64,000 nt of DNA from a virus. The number at the start of each line of letters is the position of its first letter. The first letter of the stretch is position 1. The stretch is from positions 40,085-104,084 of IMG/VR virus record IMGVR_UViG_3300037760_000114; one strand, given 5' to 3'. Shown one piece after another: positions 22,133-34,577 of the stretch. Both the position numbers and the translations under genes were made by a program. The notes under the pieces were generated by a model. It saw only the letters and a program-made list of their open reading frames with translations, searched no databases and was not told the DNA's origin.

Positions 22133-22985
22133 TCGCTCCCCCGTGAGCATCTGATCCCTCCCCTACTCTCTGGACTCCCCTGTGATCCGGTGCGACCACT
22201 CGATCGCCTCCGGGTCGATCGGCTCCACCTGATGCACCGGGTTGGCCTCCGGCAGGGCGCACAGCTCACACCGGCCCCGGTTCCGGTGGTCGCGGCTGCC
22301 GTCGTCCTGGTACAGGTGCCGCCGGACCTGGGTGACCGCGCCCCGCTTCGACACCCTCCGGCGGCCCATCACGCCGCCAGCTGATCCGAAGGCAGGTCCG
22401 GCACCGCAGCGGGCCGGCGGCCGTACTCCAGCCGCTTGCGGTCCATCTCCTCCCGCCGGTAGCCCACCTCGCACGCCACGTCGACCAGCTCGCCACGGGC
22501 CACATGCCGCCGGTAGGCCGGGGCGGTGCCGCACGGTGATCCGCCGTCCAGTTCCATGCGGCGGACCCGGCGCCGGTCCCGCATCGGGAACCGGTCCAGC
22601 TGCGTCCACCACACCAGCTCACTGATCGGCCGGTCCACGTTGATGCAGGCTGCGGCCAGGATCGCCACATCCCGCAGCTCCGTCACGTCCAAGCCGTCCA
22701 GCTCCCGCGCGACGGCGTCGGCCGGTTCGTCCCGCAGCCGCACCGCCAGCTCCATGGCTACCCGCAGTAGCCGCTCGGCCCGCCGGTCGGGGTCCTCATG
22801 CGGCGAGGGTGTGCCCATCGCTGCTCACCTCCTCTGTGTCGTCGGTCTGGTCCGGGTGGTCCCGGCGGTAGTGGGAGTCGAGGTCTGCCATGGCCACGTC
22901 CAGGTCGTCGTACTCGCCCATCGCGGACACGGGCTGCCAGGCGGCCTGCTCGCAGCCCGGCTCGCCGCAGCGCCACCGGGGCGAC

Positions 22986-23618
22986 CTATCCACCGGGACC
23001 GGTGATCGCGTCGTAGAGCCTCAGCGCCCACTTCGCATCCCCCAGCGCGGTATGGCGCTCCTCCTCGTCCGGCGACTCCACCCCGCAGGCAGCGGCAAGG
23101 TCGTCGGACTTCCACGGCAGCCGCGTCAGGATCTCCATCGGCAGGCCGGCGTTGTGTGCGCCGGCCTGCGCGCGGCCGTGGAGCCACCCCAGCGCCAGCG
23201 CCTCCACGTCGATCAGGTGGTAGTGCCAGCCGGGCGTCAGGCCGTGTCGACGCAGCAGCGTCGCCAGTACCTCGGTGTCGAAGTTCGGGACCGCGCCGAT
23301 GATGTGCGCGCCGTGGGTGACGCGGGCGACATGGCGAGCGGCCTCACTGGGGGATAGGAGTTCCCCGAGTCGGCGGTTGGTGACGGGCCACGAGAACGGG
23401 TGTGGCAGGTCCTTGGCCAGGTAGCGGCCGTACGGATGGCGGTCGTAGAATCTGCCCACCTTCAGCGCGAACGGGTCAGCGTCGGCCAGGTCTACCTCTA
23501 CGTAGAACTGCCATCCAGACTCACCGTTGTCATCGCGGCGGATCATGGCGATGTCCCACGCCTGCCGCTGCGGATGCAGCCCGGTGGTTTCGGTGTCCAG
23601 CGCGCAAATCGGTGTCAT
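22986..23618 (-). CDS. DnaQ-like DEDDh 3'-5' exonuclease
   Basis: LDTETTGL, NFD, HTALGDA. Confidence 0.85.
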   Translation of the reverse strand: MTPICALDTETTGLHPQRQAWDIAMIRRDDNGESGWQFYVEVDLADADPFALKVGRFYDRHPYGRYLAKDLPHPFSWPVTNRRLGELLSPSEAARHVARVTHGAHIIGAVPNFDTEVLATLLRRHGLTPGWHYHLIDVEALALGWLHGRAQAGAHNAGLPMEILTRLPWKSDDLAAACGVESPDEEERHTALGDAKWALRLYDAITGPGG

Positions 23619-23910
23619 GCCCTCTCCTCAGTTGATCCGTGCTGCTCGCTCTGTCGCTCGTCGCGTTCCCGCTCGTACCGGGCGGTCAGCTCCGCCAGCC
23701 GCGCCAACAGTCCCGGGGTCTCCTGCGCCGGCTTCGGCCCGAGGAACCCGTACAGCTGGCCGCAGACGACGCAGACGAACTCGGCGCCCCGGAACTCGAA
23801 GGTGCCCACCAGCGGCTCGTCATCGAGGTGGCAGGTCGCCACCCTGCGTTCCTTGCCGGTGGCCATGTCCAGCGCCAGCGCCACGTCTACCGGGTCGTGA
23901 ATCTCAGCCA

Positions 23911-24384
23911 TCAGCCCACCTCCAGCGGGATCGGGTCGTGCACGTTCAGCCCTGCCCGTACGGCGCGGCGATAGAGATCCCACGTGCCCCGGGATCTCGC
24001 CACCGGCCCGGCAGCGGGAAACACCAGCACGTGGTCGGCGCGCGGGACAAGGTCCACCATGGTCTGGTTGCGGCGCCGTCCGGCGTACGGGCAGTAGGTG
24101 CTGCCGTCGCGGCGCCGTTTGCGGTGTGGCCAGTCGGGGCAGCCACCCAACTCCTGCGGGACCGTCAAGTCACAGGTAGGCCAGTCGGCGGGCATCGCCT
24201 TGACCTGCCAACCCCACGACTCAGCCAGCTCGGCGGCGATGGTGTCTACTCCGGGGGCGTCGCCGTGGATCAGCACCGCATCGCACCACCGGCCGCCGAA
24301 CGCAGCCTTGATCCCGTCGGCGATGGTCGGCCGGTGTAGGACGGCGGTGGCGTGCCGGGTGCCGGAGATCAGTACGTGCTTCAC
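23911..24384 (-). CDS. SLOG-family (YspA/DUF2493-like) protein
   Basis: VLISGTR...IHGDAPGVDTIA...PADW...AGRRRNQTM...SRGT. Confidence 0.75.
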   Translation of the reverse strand: MKHVLISGTRHATAVLHRPTIADGIKAAFGGRWCDAVLIHGDAPGVDTIAAELAESWGWQVKAMPADWPTCDLTVPQELGGCPDWPHRKRRRDGSTYCPYAGRRRNQTMVDLVPRADHVLVFPAAGPVARSRGTWDLYRRAVRAGLNVHDPIPLEVG

Positions 24385-25557
24385 CGGGTCACCTCCTGCG
24401 GCACCGGCTGCCCCTCGCCGGGGCACGGCTGCGGCCGGGACGGGTCCCGCCTGTGCCACGGGATCACCCTGCCGAGTAGCCCCAGCGTCACCGGCCGCAG
24501 GCACTCCGGGCAGATCGTCTGCGGAAGCAGCCGGGGCATCAGGAGAACTCCCCGGCGTAGAAGTGGAACCCTTCCGGGTCACGCCACTCCGTGTCGGCTG
24601 GCACCCGGAACGTCGAGCTGCCGAGCATGCCGTCCTCCCACTCGCGGGCGGCTTCGCCCGGTGGCTTCAGTCCGTCCAGCCACACCACCGGGTCATCGAC
24701 CAGCCGCCGGTACTCATCCCACAGCTGCCCGGTCCGCTCGGTGAAGACCCGCCGCCAGTCGGCGCGGGTCAACACCGGGAACCCGAACGGGGAACACGGG
24801 TAGTGACCCCACTCGGGATGCTCGTCGCTGGACAGTAGGTGCGGGTAGGCGCGGAACCCGAACGACCATCCCGCGCTCGACTTGCCCACGTGGTGTTCGT
24901 CGTACCGCCCGCACTCGTTGCACGGGGCGTCACGCCAGTAGTAGTTGGTCCCCATCGCTCAGCCTCCCAGCAGTCCGTAGCAGTGCGGCCGGCCGCACCG
25001 GTGGTCGTAGCGCTGGTAGCCGTCGATCAGCCGCAGCCGGTGCGCCACCTCCATTGCGGCTCCGGTGATCCGCCAGTGGCGCCACCGCTGGCAGGTGTGT
25101 TCGTCCGCCCCATCAACCCACCGGCGCATAGCCCACCGGGCTCCGGTGGCCGTGAACGCCCAGCCGCGTGCCACCCGATCCGCCTCCGCGAGCGGCTGCC
25201 CGCTGACCCGGTACCGGACATGCCAGCGCCAGCGGCGGTGCCAAGGCGGCAGGCTCGGGTTGACGGAACGCAGCACCCACCGGTCCGAGACGTAGATCCG
25301 CGCCACGTCAGTCCACCTCCCCGGCGGAGTCCACCGGCTGTACCGGGTCGGTGCCTACGGGAGCCGGGTCGGCGAGTGCTTCCGCGACCGCCTCAGCGAC
25401 GTGCACCAGCGACCGACGCCACGCTTCGGCGTACGTCTCGTGCGTCTGCTCTCGGGGGAAGGTGACCTGGAGGCATGAGCACGTTGGCCACCACCGGCCC
25501 ACCGTCCGCAGGTAGTCGGCAGCGGGGGCGTGTTGCGTCAGCACATCCACGATCCGG

Positions 25558-26616
25558 TCAGCCAGCACGGGACACCACCGGATACTCCCGGACCCGCAGA
25601 TCCTCCGGGAAGCCGACGATGTCGTGATGGTGGGTGCCCCACCGGGAACCGAGTTGCTTCACGAACACGGCCGTTCCGGCGGCCTTGCATTGCCGCACCA
25701 GCAGCCGCGCCCACTCCAGGTCCATCGGCCGGGTGCCGGGGCCGGACTCTCCACCTACCACGCACCAGTCCAGCGGCGGCATCTCCTGCGTCGTCCACTC
25801 CACCGGGCTCTCGTCGGTAGAGCAGTCCAGGCATTCGTAGTAGGTGCCCTGGTAGTCCCGCTCGTGACCGGAATGGTCATCCGGGGCAAGGTTGACCTCG
25901 CCAAGCAGCGGCTCGGCGCTGATCCACCGGACCGCCGCCGGGGTGTCCAGGAGCGCCGGGATGCGGATGTCCGCCCACTTCTGATCCTCGACACTCACGC
26001 CCACCCACACGTTCGGCAGTACGCCAGGGAACCAGCGCGGCCCCTCCATCCAGTCGTACAGCGGATAGGCCGCGCCTTCCGGCGGGGTACCCATGCTGTA
26101 GAGCATGTCGGCGAACAGCAGGGCCCGTGGCGATGAGTAGACCTCCCGCACAGCCTCGGGACCTCGGGGCATCGGCGGCATGCCGTTGTTGTTCGCTACC
26201 GACTCGTCGCCGGTCGTGTCGTGCCACCGCTTCAGCCAGGAACGCATCCGGCCGTGCCGCTTGGTGAGGATCTGGAAAGTGTGCTGTGGACACTGCGCCA
26301 TCACCTCCCAGACTTGGGCGATGAAGCCGTCGGGAACATCGGCGTGGAACAGGTCGCTCATCGAGTCCACGAACACCATGGCCGGCTTGCGCCACCGCAG
26401 AGGCTGCGTCAACCGGTCTTTCACCAGGTTGACCCGGCCGGTCCAGTCGAGCCGCCCGTCGACGTACCCCACCGTGCCCTCGTAGGCGGGTAGCCGCTGC
26501 TGCCGGGCACCCATGCGTATCGCGTAGCAGCCGTCACAGCCGGGGGACACGCGGTCACATCCGACGGTCGGGTTCCAGGTCCGCTGGGTCCATTCGATCT
26601 TGCTGTTAGCGGCCAT
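25558..26616 (-). CDS. DUF5131 (Gp37/Gp68) radical-SAM-like protein
   Basis: IEWT..TWNP..GC..VSPGC..CYA, SMSDLFH, QILTKR, SAEPLL, VVGGESG. Confidence 0.9.
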   Translation of the reverse strand: MAANSKIEWTQRTWNPTVGCDRVSPGCDGCYAIRMGARQQRLPAYEGTVGYVDGRLDWTGRVNLVKDRLTQPLRWRKPAMVFVDSMSDLFHADVPDGFIAQVWEVMAQCPQHTFQILTKRHGRMRSWLKRWHDTTGDESVANNNGMPPMPRGPEAVREVYSSPRALLFADMLYSMGTPPEGAAYPLYDWMEGPRWFPGVLPNVWVGVSVEDQKWADIRIPALLDTPAAVRWISAEPLLGEVNLAPDDHSGHERDYQGTYYECLDCSTDESPVEWTTQEMPPLDWCVVGGESGPGTRPMDLEWARLLVRQCKAAGTAVFVKQLGSRWGTHHHDIVGFPEDLRVREYPVVSRAG

Positions 26617-27075
26617 CGGGGTCCACCTCCTGTTGCTTGTCCCGCAGTACGAGCGCCCGCCCGTACGGGGTGTCCTCCTGGGTCAGTGGGGCGTCGGTGC
26701 CGAGCATCAGCGGCTCGCCGTACCGCTGCTGCCACCAGTCGCAGACGGTCAGCAGCACCGCAGCGGACAGCCGTGCGTCGACCGGCAGCGGCAACACCAG
26801 CAGCGGCCGGTTCGCTGCGGTCAACTCCAGCAGCGCCCGAGCGAAATCAGACATCAGCACCTCCTGTGCAGCAGTCGGCTACCCAGCCGTGCCCCTCCGG
26901 GTCGGCGGTGATCGTCGCGCCGGCCCGGAACGGCTCGCCGCAGTCGGCGCACCTGCCCGGATATCCGGCGGTGATCGTCACCACGGCCCGCGCTGGTGCC
27001 GGTTCCCGGCCGGGGTCAGGGATGCGGCGGCAGTGGGCACACTCGTCGGGCAGCAGCTCCGTCACCACGCAGCGG

Positions 27076-27474
27076 TCAGGCATCAGCGACCACCTCTCGA
27101 ATGGTCAGCAGCAGTTCCCCGGCTGGCCCGTACGGGCGTGCCGGGATCGGATCGCCGGGCAGGATGTGCAGTGCGGTGATGTACGAGTCGTTGTCGTCGG
27201 CCACAACACCGGCGTCTACCACCCCATCGACAGCCGCCTTGATCGACGGGTAGACGTTGGGCGCGTCGCGGCGTACGCGGTCGTCCGGGAATCGCACCAC
27301 CGCGGTTAGTTCAGCCTGCGCGAGCCGGGGCACCCGGGCCTGCTGGCAGAACGTGCGGCCGGCCTTGCGCCACTCCTTCACGTCGCCCGCCTGGGCCCGC
27401 CGGTCCCGCCGCTGGTTGACGTTCAGCCACGGCACCGGCGCCTTGATCCGTAGCGTCCACTGCCGGCCGGTCAT
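27076..27474 (-). CDS. RusA-like Holliday junction resolvase
   Basis: RRDAPNVYPSIKAAVDGVVDAGVVADDN. Confidence 0.75.
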   Translation of the reverse strand: MTGRQWTLRIKAPVPWLNVNQRRDRRAQAGDVKEWRKAGRTFCQQARVPRLAQAELTAVVRFPDDRVRRDAPNVYPSIKAAVDGVVDAGVVADDNDSYITALHILPGDPIPARPYGPAGELLLTIREVVADA

Positions 27475-27716
27475 CCGGCCGCCGCCTCAGCCTTGCGCCG
27501 CCTCAGCAGCGCCTTGCGTTCCCGCTCGGTCATGCCACCCCACACCCCGTGCGGCTGCCGGGTGTCCAGGGCGTACTGGAGACAAGCCGGCTGAACTTCA
27601 CAGCGGCGACAGATACGCCGCGCCTCCACGGTCGAGCCCCCCTTCTCCGGGTGGAACGCATCCGGGTCGGTCTGCGAGCACAGCGCCCGTTCCTGCCAGC
27701 TCAGGTCCGCAGTCAT
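27471..27716 (-). CDS. whiB: WhiB-family Fe-S transcription factor
   Basis: WQERALC..TDPDAFHP...C..C.V...C...A...GVWGG..ERER. Confidence 0.93.
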   Translation of the reverse strand: MTADLSWQERALCSQTDPDAFHPEKGGSTVEARRICRRCEVQPACLQYALDTRQPHGVWGGMTERERKALLRRRKAEAAAG

Positions 27717-28120
27717 CGTCGGCCACCCGCGTCCAGCAGCCGCCCGATCTCCCGCTGCATACGCGCGTCGTCGTACTCAGTGCCCGGCGGCACAGCGGCC
27801 ATGGTGGCTGTCAGGAACATCGCCACCGGCGCGGCGCAGCAGGACAGCAGGATGGTGCCCGCGTGGGATTCCAGCCGGATCATCAGCCGTCCGCCGGTCG
27901 GCCACACCCGTACGTCGCCCAAACCTTCCGGCTCAGCCAGGCCCGCCAGCAGCAGGTCGCGGCCGAACGTCCACGGCACCGGCCCGTCGTCGCCGCGCAG
28001 CTCCACGGTCACAGCCAGCGGATTGCCCGGGTCGTAGCGCACCTCGGCGTCGAAGTGCTCGTCGCCCTCGCCGCTGTCGACCCGGAACCGCACCGGCAGC
28101 CGGATCACAGCCTCACCCAT
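27713..28120 (-). CDS. SsgA-like sporulation/cell-division protein (SALP)
   Basis: RYDPGNPLAV...WTFGRDLLLAGL..P.GLGDVRVWP...L.S..G...FL..T...VPPGTE matches the SsgA-family signature. Confidence 0.88.
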   Translation of the reverse strand: MGEAVIRLPVRFRVDSGEGDEHFDAEVRYDPGNPLAVTVELRGDDGPVPWTFGRDLLLAGLAEPEGLGDVRVWPTGGRLMIRLESHAGTILLSCCAAPVAMFLTATMAAVPPGTEYDDARMQREIGRLLDAGGRR

Positions 28121-30944
28121 CGCCAGCCTCCTTGCCGCGTAGCCGCTCCAGCTCGATCGGGTCGAACGTCCGCCCGTGGCATTCGCAGCGGCCGGTGGCG
28201 AGCCGGATGGTGTGCCCGCCCGCCTCCTCTGTCTCCTCACCGGAGAGCCACAGCCGTTGCACCGGACGGGGTCGCCACTGGAGCGCCCCGTCGTCGGTGC
28301 ACGTAAGCACGTGGCACACCTCGTGCCATGTCACCGGGTCGGCCTCGTCACCGATCAGCAGCCACCAGCGCCACGGGTCGTCCGGTTCCAGGCTGTCGCC
28401 ACGGCGGTACACCTGCTCGTCGGGCACCTCACCGGCGAGCACGTAGGCGCCGTTGGGTGGCTCCGGCAGCAGCGTCGGGTCAGCCACGGTCGCTCACCGC
28501 CTCGGCGTGCCGGCGTGCTTCGGCGGTCTCCCTGGCGGTGTAGTACTCCGACAGCTTGCGCGGTGTCCACGTGCACTCCCCGTCGTCGGCGACGAACACA
28601 CCACCCGGAGGCCCCTCGTAACAGGCCCACAGCTCGTCATCCAGCTCGAACAGCGCCGGTGGGATCAGGCGGTGGGTGAAGCCTTGGCCGGCGGCCGGTG
28701 TGGTCGAGTGGCGGGGCAGCCCGTGCTCGGTGAGGGCGTGCCGCAGGTCCGGCGGCTGGTGGTCGGCCAGCCACGCCCGCGCAGTGTCGCCGGGCTTGCC
28801 CCGGCGTGGCTCCAGCCGGCCGCGCACGATCCGCCAGCTCTCCGGGATCACCCCGGAGCCGTCCGGCTCCAAGGCAACAAGCCGGTCCGGCCTTCCCCAC
28901 ATTCCGGTCCGCACGAGCGGACCCTTGTTCCCGCCCAGCGCCGCACAGTCCACACGCAGGCGGGGCAGGAACTCGGTCATCGCTGCCCGGGTCTGCCGGT
29001 AGACGGCCACGATCGCGGGGTCGTTGGTGGAGTATGCGTACTGCTCAGTCATCGCCAGACCCCTTGACCTCGAACCGGATCACGATCTCGTCGTCGCCGG
29101 GGAAGAACCGCAGCGCGTCGTCGCTCAACGCGGCTTCCTGCGACAGCCCGTGGACCTGCCGGAACTCGCGGGCCGCGACCTGCATCGCCTTGTCGACCTC
29201 GGCCCAGCAGGCACCCCACAGGCCATCGCAGGGCACCGTGTATTCGATGTGGCGGGTGGTGTACTCCCGACGGCTGTACGTGGCCATCAGCGTTTCGCCC
29301 CCTGCTCGCAGTCGCAGCCCGCCTGCTCGTGCCCGTCCTTGAACCGCTGCCAGAACTCGTCATCGAGCGTGGCGCGTGTCGCCAGCCGGGCGGTCACCCC
29401 TTCCCGCTGCCGTGCCTGCCGGTCGCGGGCACGTGGGTGCATCTCCCGCCACGCCGCCTCTTCGGTGGCGTAAACGTCCCGTGTCGTCGAGCCGGGCACC
29501 TGTGCGGCCATCAGCCCGTACGGATGCCCGCACCGGTAGGCGATCACCCACGTGCAGTCCGCGAGCGGCACCATCTGGCCATCCACGTTCGCGTACAGGT
29601 CAGCCACGGCGGTCACCACCCAGCAGCCGACGCAGATCCTCCAGCGACTCGACCTGGACCGACTCCATCAACGGGGCCGGAGCCGACCGGACGTGCTCCG
29701 CGTAGGCGCGTAGCCCGGTGGCAAGTTCAGAGCCGGACTCGGTGCCCTCCAGCGCGGCGACCACCTGCCGGTGGATCGCCCCCAACGCCGACGCCTGGTG
29801 GCTGCCCAGCGGCCGGATCTCCAGGTCGTCACCGTGCGGGTTGTCGTCCCATCCGGTGATGACCACCGGGCCGGCGTACGGCTGCTGACTCGCCCCCAGC
29901 CTGGCCAGAACACAGGCCCCGACCGGGTTCCGGGCGTAGAGGTCCGGCGCCAGCAGCCCGCAGTCGTTCACGAAGCCGGACAGCACCGGGTATCCGAGCT
30001 TCACCCTTGCCCACCCTTCCGGCCCGACAGCGGTGTTGATCCGCTCCAGCGTCGGCGTCTCCTGGTGGTGCGTCAGCGCGCCGTCGGCGGCGATCACGAC
30101 GTAGCCGGCCATCAGTGCCGCCCCTGCCAAGTCTCGCCGTCTGGCCACACGATCTGCGGTACGTCTTTCACTACCCGGTACTGGCCTTCCTTGCTGACGA
30201 CTCGCAGCCGCCACAGGTCCCCAACGTCTTCGCCTTCGCCCTGCAGATAACCCGAGCACTGGTGCCCGCCCGGTGAGCAGTACCGTGACACCAACTCGGC
30301 AACCTCGACCTCGATGTCGTATGCCTTGAAGGGGTCTTCCGAGATCGCCACGATGCCGACCACGGACCGCTTAGTCAGAGTGCCCTCGTCGGTTTCTACG
30401 GTGTCCTCTTCGACCCGCAGCCGGACGCATTTGCCGCTGCCCTCGGGCCAGCCCTTCAGGTACTCGTCGCCCTTGACGACACCCCAAGAGATCTCCGGGT
30501 TGAAAGCAATCTCGCCGGTGACGTGCGTGTTGTAGCCCATCAGCCGCTCGCCTTCTCAAACTCCGACGTGTGCATCCAGTCGTCGCCCAGCCCGCCCGGG
30601 TCCTTGAACCGGAACGTCTCCGGCCCGAACGAGCACTCCGGACCCTCATCACAGGTGCCGATCTCCAGCACCTCCACCACGAACGGCACCCCGGGCATCT
30701 GCACCCGATCGCCGATCTCGAACTTGGTCATGTCAGTTCTCGCTTCCGTTGTCGTTGCCATCTGTCCACGCCGGGTCATGGGTGTAGGAGTTGCAGCGGT
30801 CTGGCTGCCCGCACTGGCACATCTGGCCCGGCGCGTGCTTCGGGCAACCGGGATGCGGGTAGGCGATCTCGGCGGACGGGACACCCACGTCGGAGCCGGT
30901 CAGGCACATCCCGTCACACTCAGCCGTGGCGGGCATCGGCTCGC

Positions 30945-31454
30945 TCAAGGTCCGACCTCCTCAAATGGAATTACCAACCCGTCGTCGGTCAGGTACGACA
31001 GCACTCCCCGGTACACCACCGGCTCCTGGGTAGGGATCTGGTGCCGCTCCAGCCGCAGCCCGAGATCCTTCGACTCGTCGTCCCGGGCGTGGGTCCAGTC
31101 GTGGCAGGTGCGGCAGGCGTACAGCAGGTTGGACAGGCGGTCGTTCTCGACCTTCGCCTCACCGAACCGGCCACCCGCACCCACGCCGATCCGGTGCGCC
31201 GGGTCGGTTGCCTGCCCGCTGCACCCGTTGAGGGTCATCTCGCACCAGCCGCCGCTGCGGGCCACCAGCGCGGCCCGTACGTCGGCGGGTACAGCCGGCC
31301 GGTAGCGGGTGGTCAGCGACGGCTTGACCGGCTTTCCGGCTGCTTCGGCGGCCTCCCGCCGCTTGCGGCCGACCTGCGCCAGGCCGGTCTTGCGCTCCAG
31401 CGGCTTGGACGCCTGCAACGGCTTGCCGCGCGCCAGCGGAGTCCTACGCAGCAT
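30945..31454 (-). CDS. HNH-like endonuclease
   Basis: RSGGWCE...C...ATDPAHR...SNLLYACRTCHDWTH. Confidence 0.7.
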   Translation of the reverse strand: MLRRTPLARGKPLQASKPLERKTGLAQVGRKRREAAEAAGKPVKPSLTTRYRPAVPADVRAALVARSGGWCEMTLNGCSGQATDPAHRIGVGAGGRFGEAKVENDRLSNLLYACRTCHDWTHARDDESKDLGLRLERHQIPTQEPVVYRGVLSYLTDDGLVIPFEEVGP

Positions 31455-31964
31455 CGTCGGCCCCGTCCTCGTCGGGTACCGGCGGAAGGTGCAGGGCGGC
31501 GGCCACGTTCGCCAGCACCGTCTCTGCAGCCTCCGCCAGCACCGGCTTCGCCCCGTCGGTGGCGCGCATCTGTAGCGCCAGCGGCTCCCCACCCGCCTTG
31601 ACCGCAAGCCCAGGGATTACGGTGCCTTCGGCGTCGAGCACCTGCTCCCCATCCACCCGGGCCGCCTGGACGGTGGCTGTCTGGAACGCGGGCCGCACCT
31701 GGACAACGGTCTCCACCTCGCCCGGATGGGTGGCCTGCACCCACTTCGCGAACGCCTCCGGATCGGCGACATGCACCGTCTCGTGGGAGACGGGCAGCCA
31801 CACCGACGCCAGGTCAGGCAGCCGCCACGTTGGGGCGGTGCCCTGCTCCTCAAACTCGGCGCGTGCGTCGGCTGCCAGCCGCGCCTTCCACTGCGCGGCG
31901 CGGGCGTAGGCGCGTTTCGCGGCGGCCTCCCAGATCAACGCCTGCCGTACCTGATCCGCCCGGT

Positions 31965-33011
31965 TCATGCCGCCACCGCCTCAGGCGACACAGGCCGCTC
32001 CTGCGGGGGGTTGTGCAGCGTTACCTTCCTTGCCCGGATCGCATTGGCGAGCCTGTCCGCCTCCGCCTGCGTGATCTCGCCCTTCTCCAGGGCCGGGGCT
32101 ATCCCGTTCCAAACCGTCCTGAGCCCGGCCTCGTCCGGGGCTTCCTCGACCCCCACGGTCAGCACCACGTACATCTGCGACTCGGGAGCCTCTTGTCCGG
32201 CGATCATCGGCACGACTTCCCGCGTACCGCCGGTGGCCGCGTCCCAGCCGTACCGTTCGAAGATCAGCCACTCCAGGCTGAACCGGGGCACCGTCTGCTC
32301 ACGGTCCACACCCGGCTGGATGCCGCCGCTCACCGCCCGCAGCTTGATCAGCCGGGGGTTACCGTCGCGGGTGAGCCGCACCCAGATCGGCATCGAGGTC
32401 GGCAGCGACTTCTGGCCGGCAACCTTCCAGGTCTTCTTCTTCGACGGCTGCCCGTTCTCGAAGAGCGTGACCTCCTCACCGCGCGACAGCAGGACAACGA
32501 TGCCCTTCGACGTGAGGAAGAGACTCATCAGCTTGCGCCACCGCGCGGTGGCGTCGTTCCAGTAGTTGCTGGTGATGTCGATCTCTGCGTTGGGGTCTTC
32601 AGCTAGCAGCTGCTTGTTCTTCTTGCTCGAACGGGCACGGTTGTCGGCCCACTCGCTGAGCATTTCCCAAACCGCCCCGATCTGGTCCACGACCAGCACC
32701 GGCGGCAACTCGCCCGCATCGGAGGCGCGGAACGTCTCGTCGCGGAAGTCGCGGCATGCGCCGTAGAGGGCGTGCCAGTCCCACACCTCATGCGCGTTGG
32801 CGGGCTGCACGATCTCATAGCGGACGTTCGGGATGGCCCCGTACTGGTCGGCGGTGGACTCGTCGCCCAGCTCGATCCAGTACGTGCGGCCGACCTTCGG
32901 CGACGCGGACAGCTCCGCCGCGGTCCAGCTGCGACCGGAGCCGGTCTCGCCTTCCAGCAGCACCACCGGTGGTGGCACCTTGCCCGTTGGCTGCCTAGTT
33001 CGTAGCGTCAT
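31965..33011 (-). CDS. AAA-family (Sak4-like) ATPase/recombination protein
   Basis: LLEGETGSGRS P-loop (Arg in place of Lys), Walker B LVVDQ. Confidence 0.7.
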   Translation of the reverse strand: MTLRTRQPTGKVPPPVVLLEGETGSGRSWTAAELSASPKVGRTYWIELGDESTADQYGAIPNVRYEIVQPANAHEVWDWHALYGACRDFRDETFRASDAGELPPVLVVDQIGAVWEMLSEWADNRARSSKKNKQLLAEDPNAEIDITSNYWNDATARWRKLMSLFLTSKGIVVLLSRGEEVTLFENGQPSKKKTWKVAGQKSLPTSMPIWVRLTRDGNPRLIKLRAVSGGIQPGVDREQTVPRFSLEWLIFERYGWDAATGGTREVVPMIAGQEAPESQMYVVLTVGVEEAPDEAGLRTVWNGIAPALEKGEITQAEADRLANAIRARKVTLHNPPQERPVSPEAVAA

Positions 33012-34352
33012 CAGTTGCTCGCCTCCCTCAGAATCTCCAGCGCGTCGTACTCGGCTTGCGCCCAGCTGTCCACCACGCGCCGGTTGCCGCCCACGGGCCG
33101 CACCTCCCACGCCCCCGGCACATCCCGGGAGGGCACCACGTACACGACACAGCGCATCAGCCCGTCGCGGAGGATGCGGTAGTGCACGGCGGTCGGGTTG
33201 CTGTACCGGCGCACCGCCAGCGGCGGACGCTCCACAGTCGAGGCGGTCATGCGGCACCCCCGTATCGCACCCGGCTCCGGCGCCGCTCCCGGACCTCATC
33301 CAGGCTGGTGGTTTCACCGAGGCCGATCAGCAACTCACGAAACTCGTCGCTGTGCGTCTCGATCAGTAGGGCGATCGCCCGCAGTTCTTCCAGTAGCTGC
33401 GGCGAACCGGGTGCCCCGTAGCCGACCTCCCTGCGCATCGCGGCTACGGGGTCCTGCTCCCAGGCGGGATGCCGGCTGGCGGTCTGCCAGCAGGTGATGC
33501 AGGAGGTCATCGCCGAGCGGGTCTTGCCCTGCGCTGTGACCTTCGCCGTGAACTCGTCGCGGGTCAGAACCCGGCCGATGTCGTTGGTGGGTCGGCCGCA
33601 TTCGGTCAGTGCTGCCGCATCCCGCCACGGCGGTACCGGGCGTAGCACGTGGTCCACCGGCTCCGATGCGGTCACCGGGTCACCTCCGGGCAGGTCACAT
33701 CACGCCCGCCCGCCTGCCAGCCGGCGAGCATCTGGTCAGTGGTCACAGCCAGCGCCGGCAGTCCGCCGTACTGGCGCACATCGGCGGCCAACTGCCGCAC
33801 CAGGCCAGCGGCCACGTGCTGCTGAAGGTCATCGTCGATCAGCACCCACGGCCCGTTCTCGACCCAGCCGACCGTGATGTCGTCCAGGGCGATCAGTCGC
33901 TCCCGCCGCTCAGCCCGCATCCGGCGGACCTCCACAACCTCCGCCGTCGTAGCGGCGAGGGACAGCGCCAGCGCTGTCAGGGCGATGATCAGCCCGGTCA
34001 CGACTGCTCACCCCTCGGGGTGAGGTGCACCAGCTCCACGGTCCAGCCACGCCACTGGCCGGTCAGCTCGTGGAAGACCTTGTCCAGCCGGCGCGGCTTG
34101 CGATCCTTCGACTTCCAGCCCTCGGCGCCGTGGTGAGTCCACCACTTCTGCCACCGGTCGCGGTCGTCCATGTCGTCAACATGGAGCTTGATTTGGTGGT
34201 CGTAGTCGCGCGGGTAGACGATGTAGCTGATCGGCTGCGGTAGCCCTTCCACGCGGGCGGCTGCGAGCATCCGCGCCACCACCGCATCGGTAGCTGTGGC
34301 CGGTTCGGTGTCCGGCAGGCTGTCCGGGATCATCCCGGCGCAGGTGCGGGTG

Positions 34353-34577
34353 TCAGGCATGGTGGTCACGTCCCTTCGGGGGTTGAGTTGGGGTCGCCAG
34401 CGGGCGGCGTCGGCCACGGCAGGGTCGGCCAGGGTTGGGCTGGCACCGTCCGGCACGCCACCGGTAGACGGTGGAGGCAGCGACGGACAGGTCGTCGGCG
34501 AGCTGGGCGACGGTCCAGCCGGCGTCGCGGATAGCCCGGACCGCTGCCCGTATGTCGCTGCCGGTCGCGGTAGTCAC
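34353..34577 (-). CDS. XRE-type HTH protein
   Basis: GWTVAQLADDLSVAASTVYRWRAG. Confidence 0.6.
   Translation of the reverse strand: MTTATGSDIRAAVRAIRDAGWTVAQLADDLSVAASTVYRWRAGRCQPNPGRPCRGRRRPLATPTQPPKGRDHHA

Noticed and set aside
32920-32960. Walker A GSGRS taken as evidence of an inactive ATPase
   Set aside because: A single Lys-to-Arg change cannot be interpreted without an alignment of homologues.
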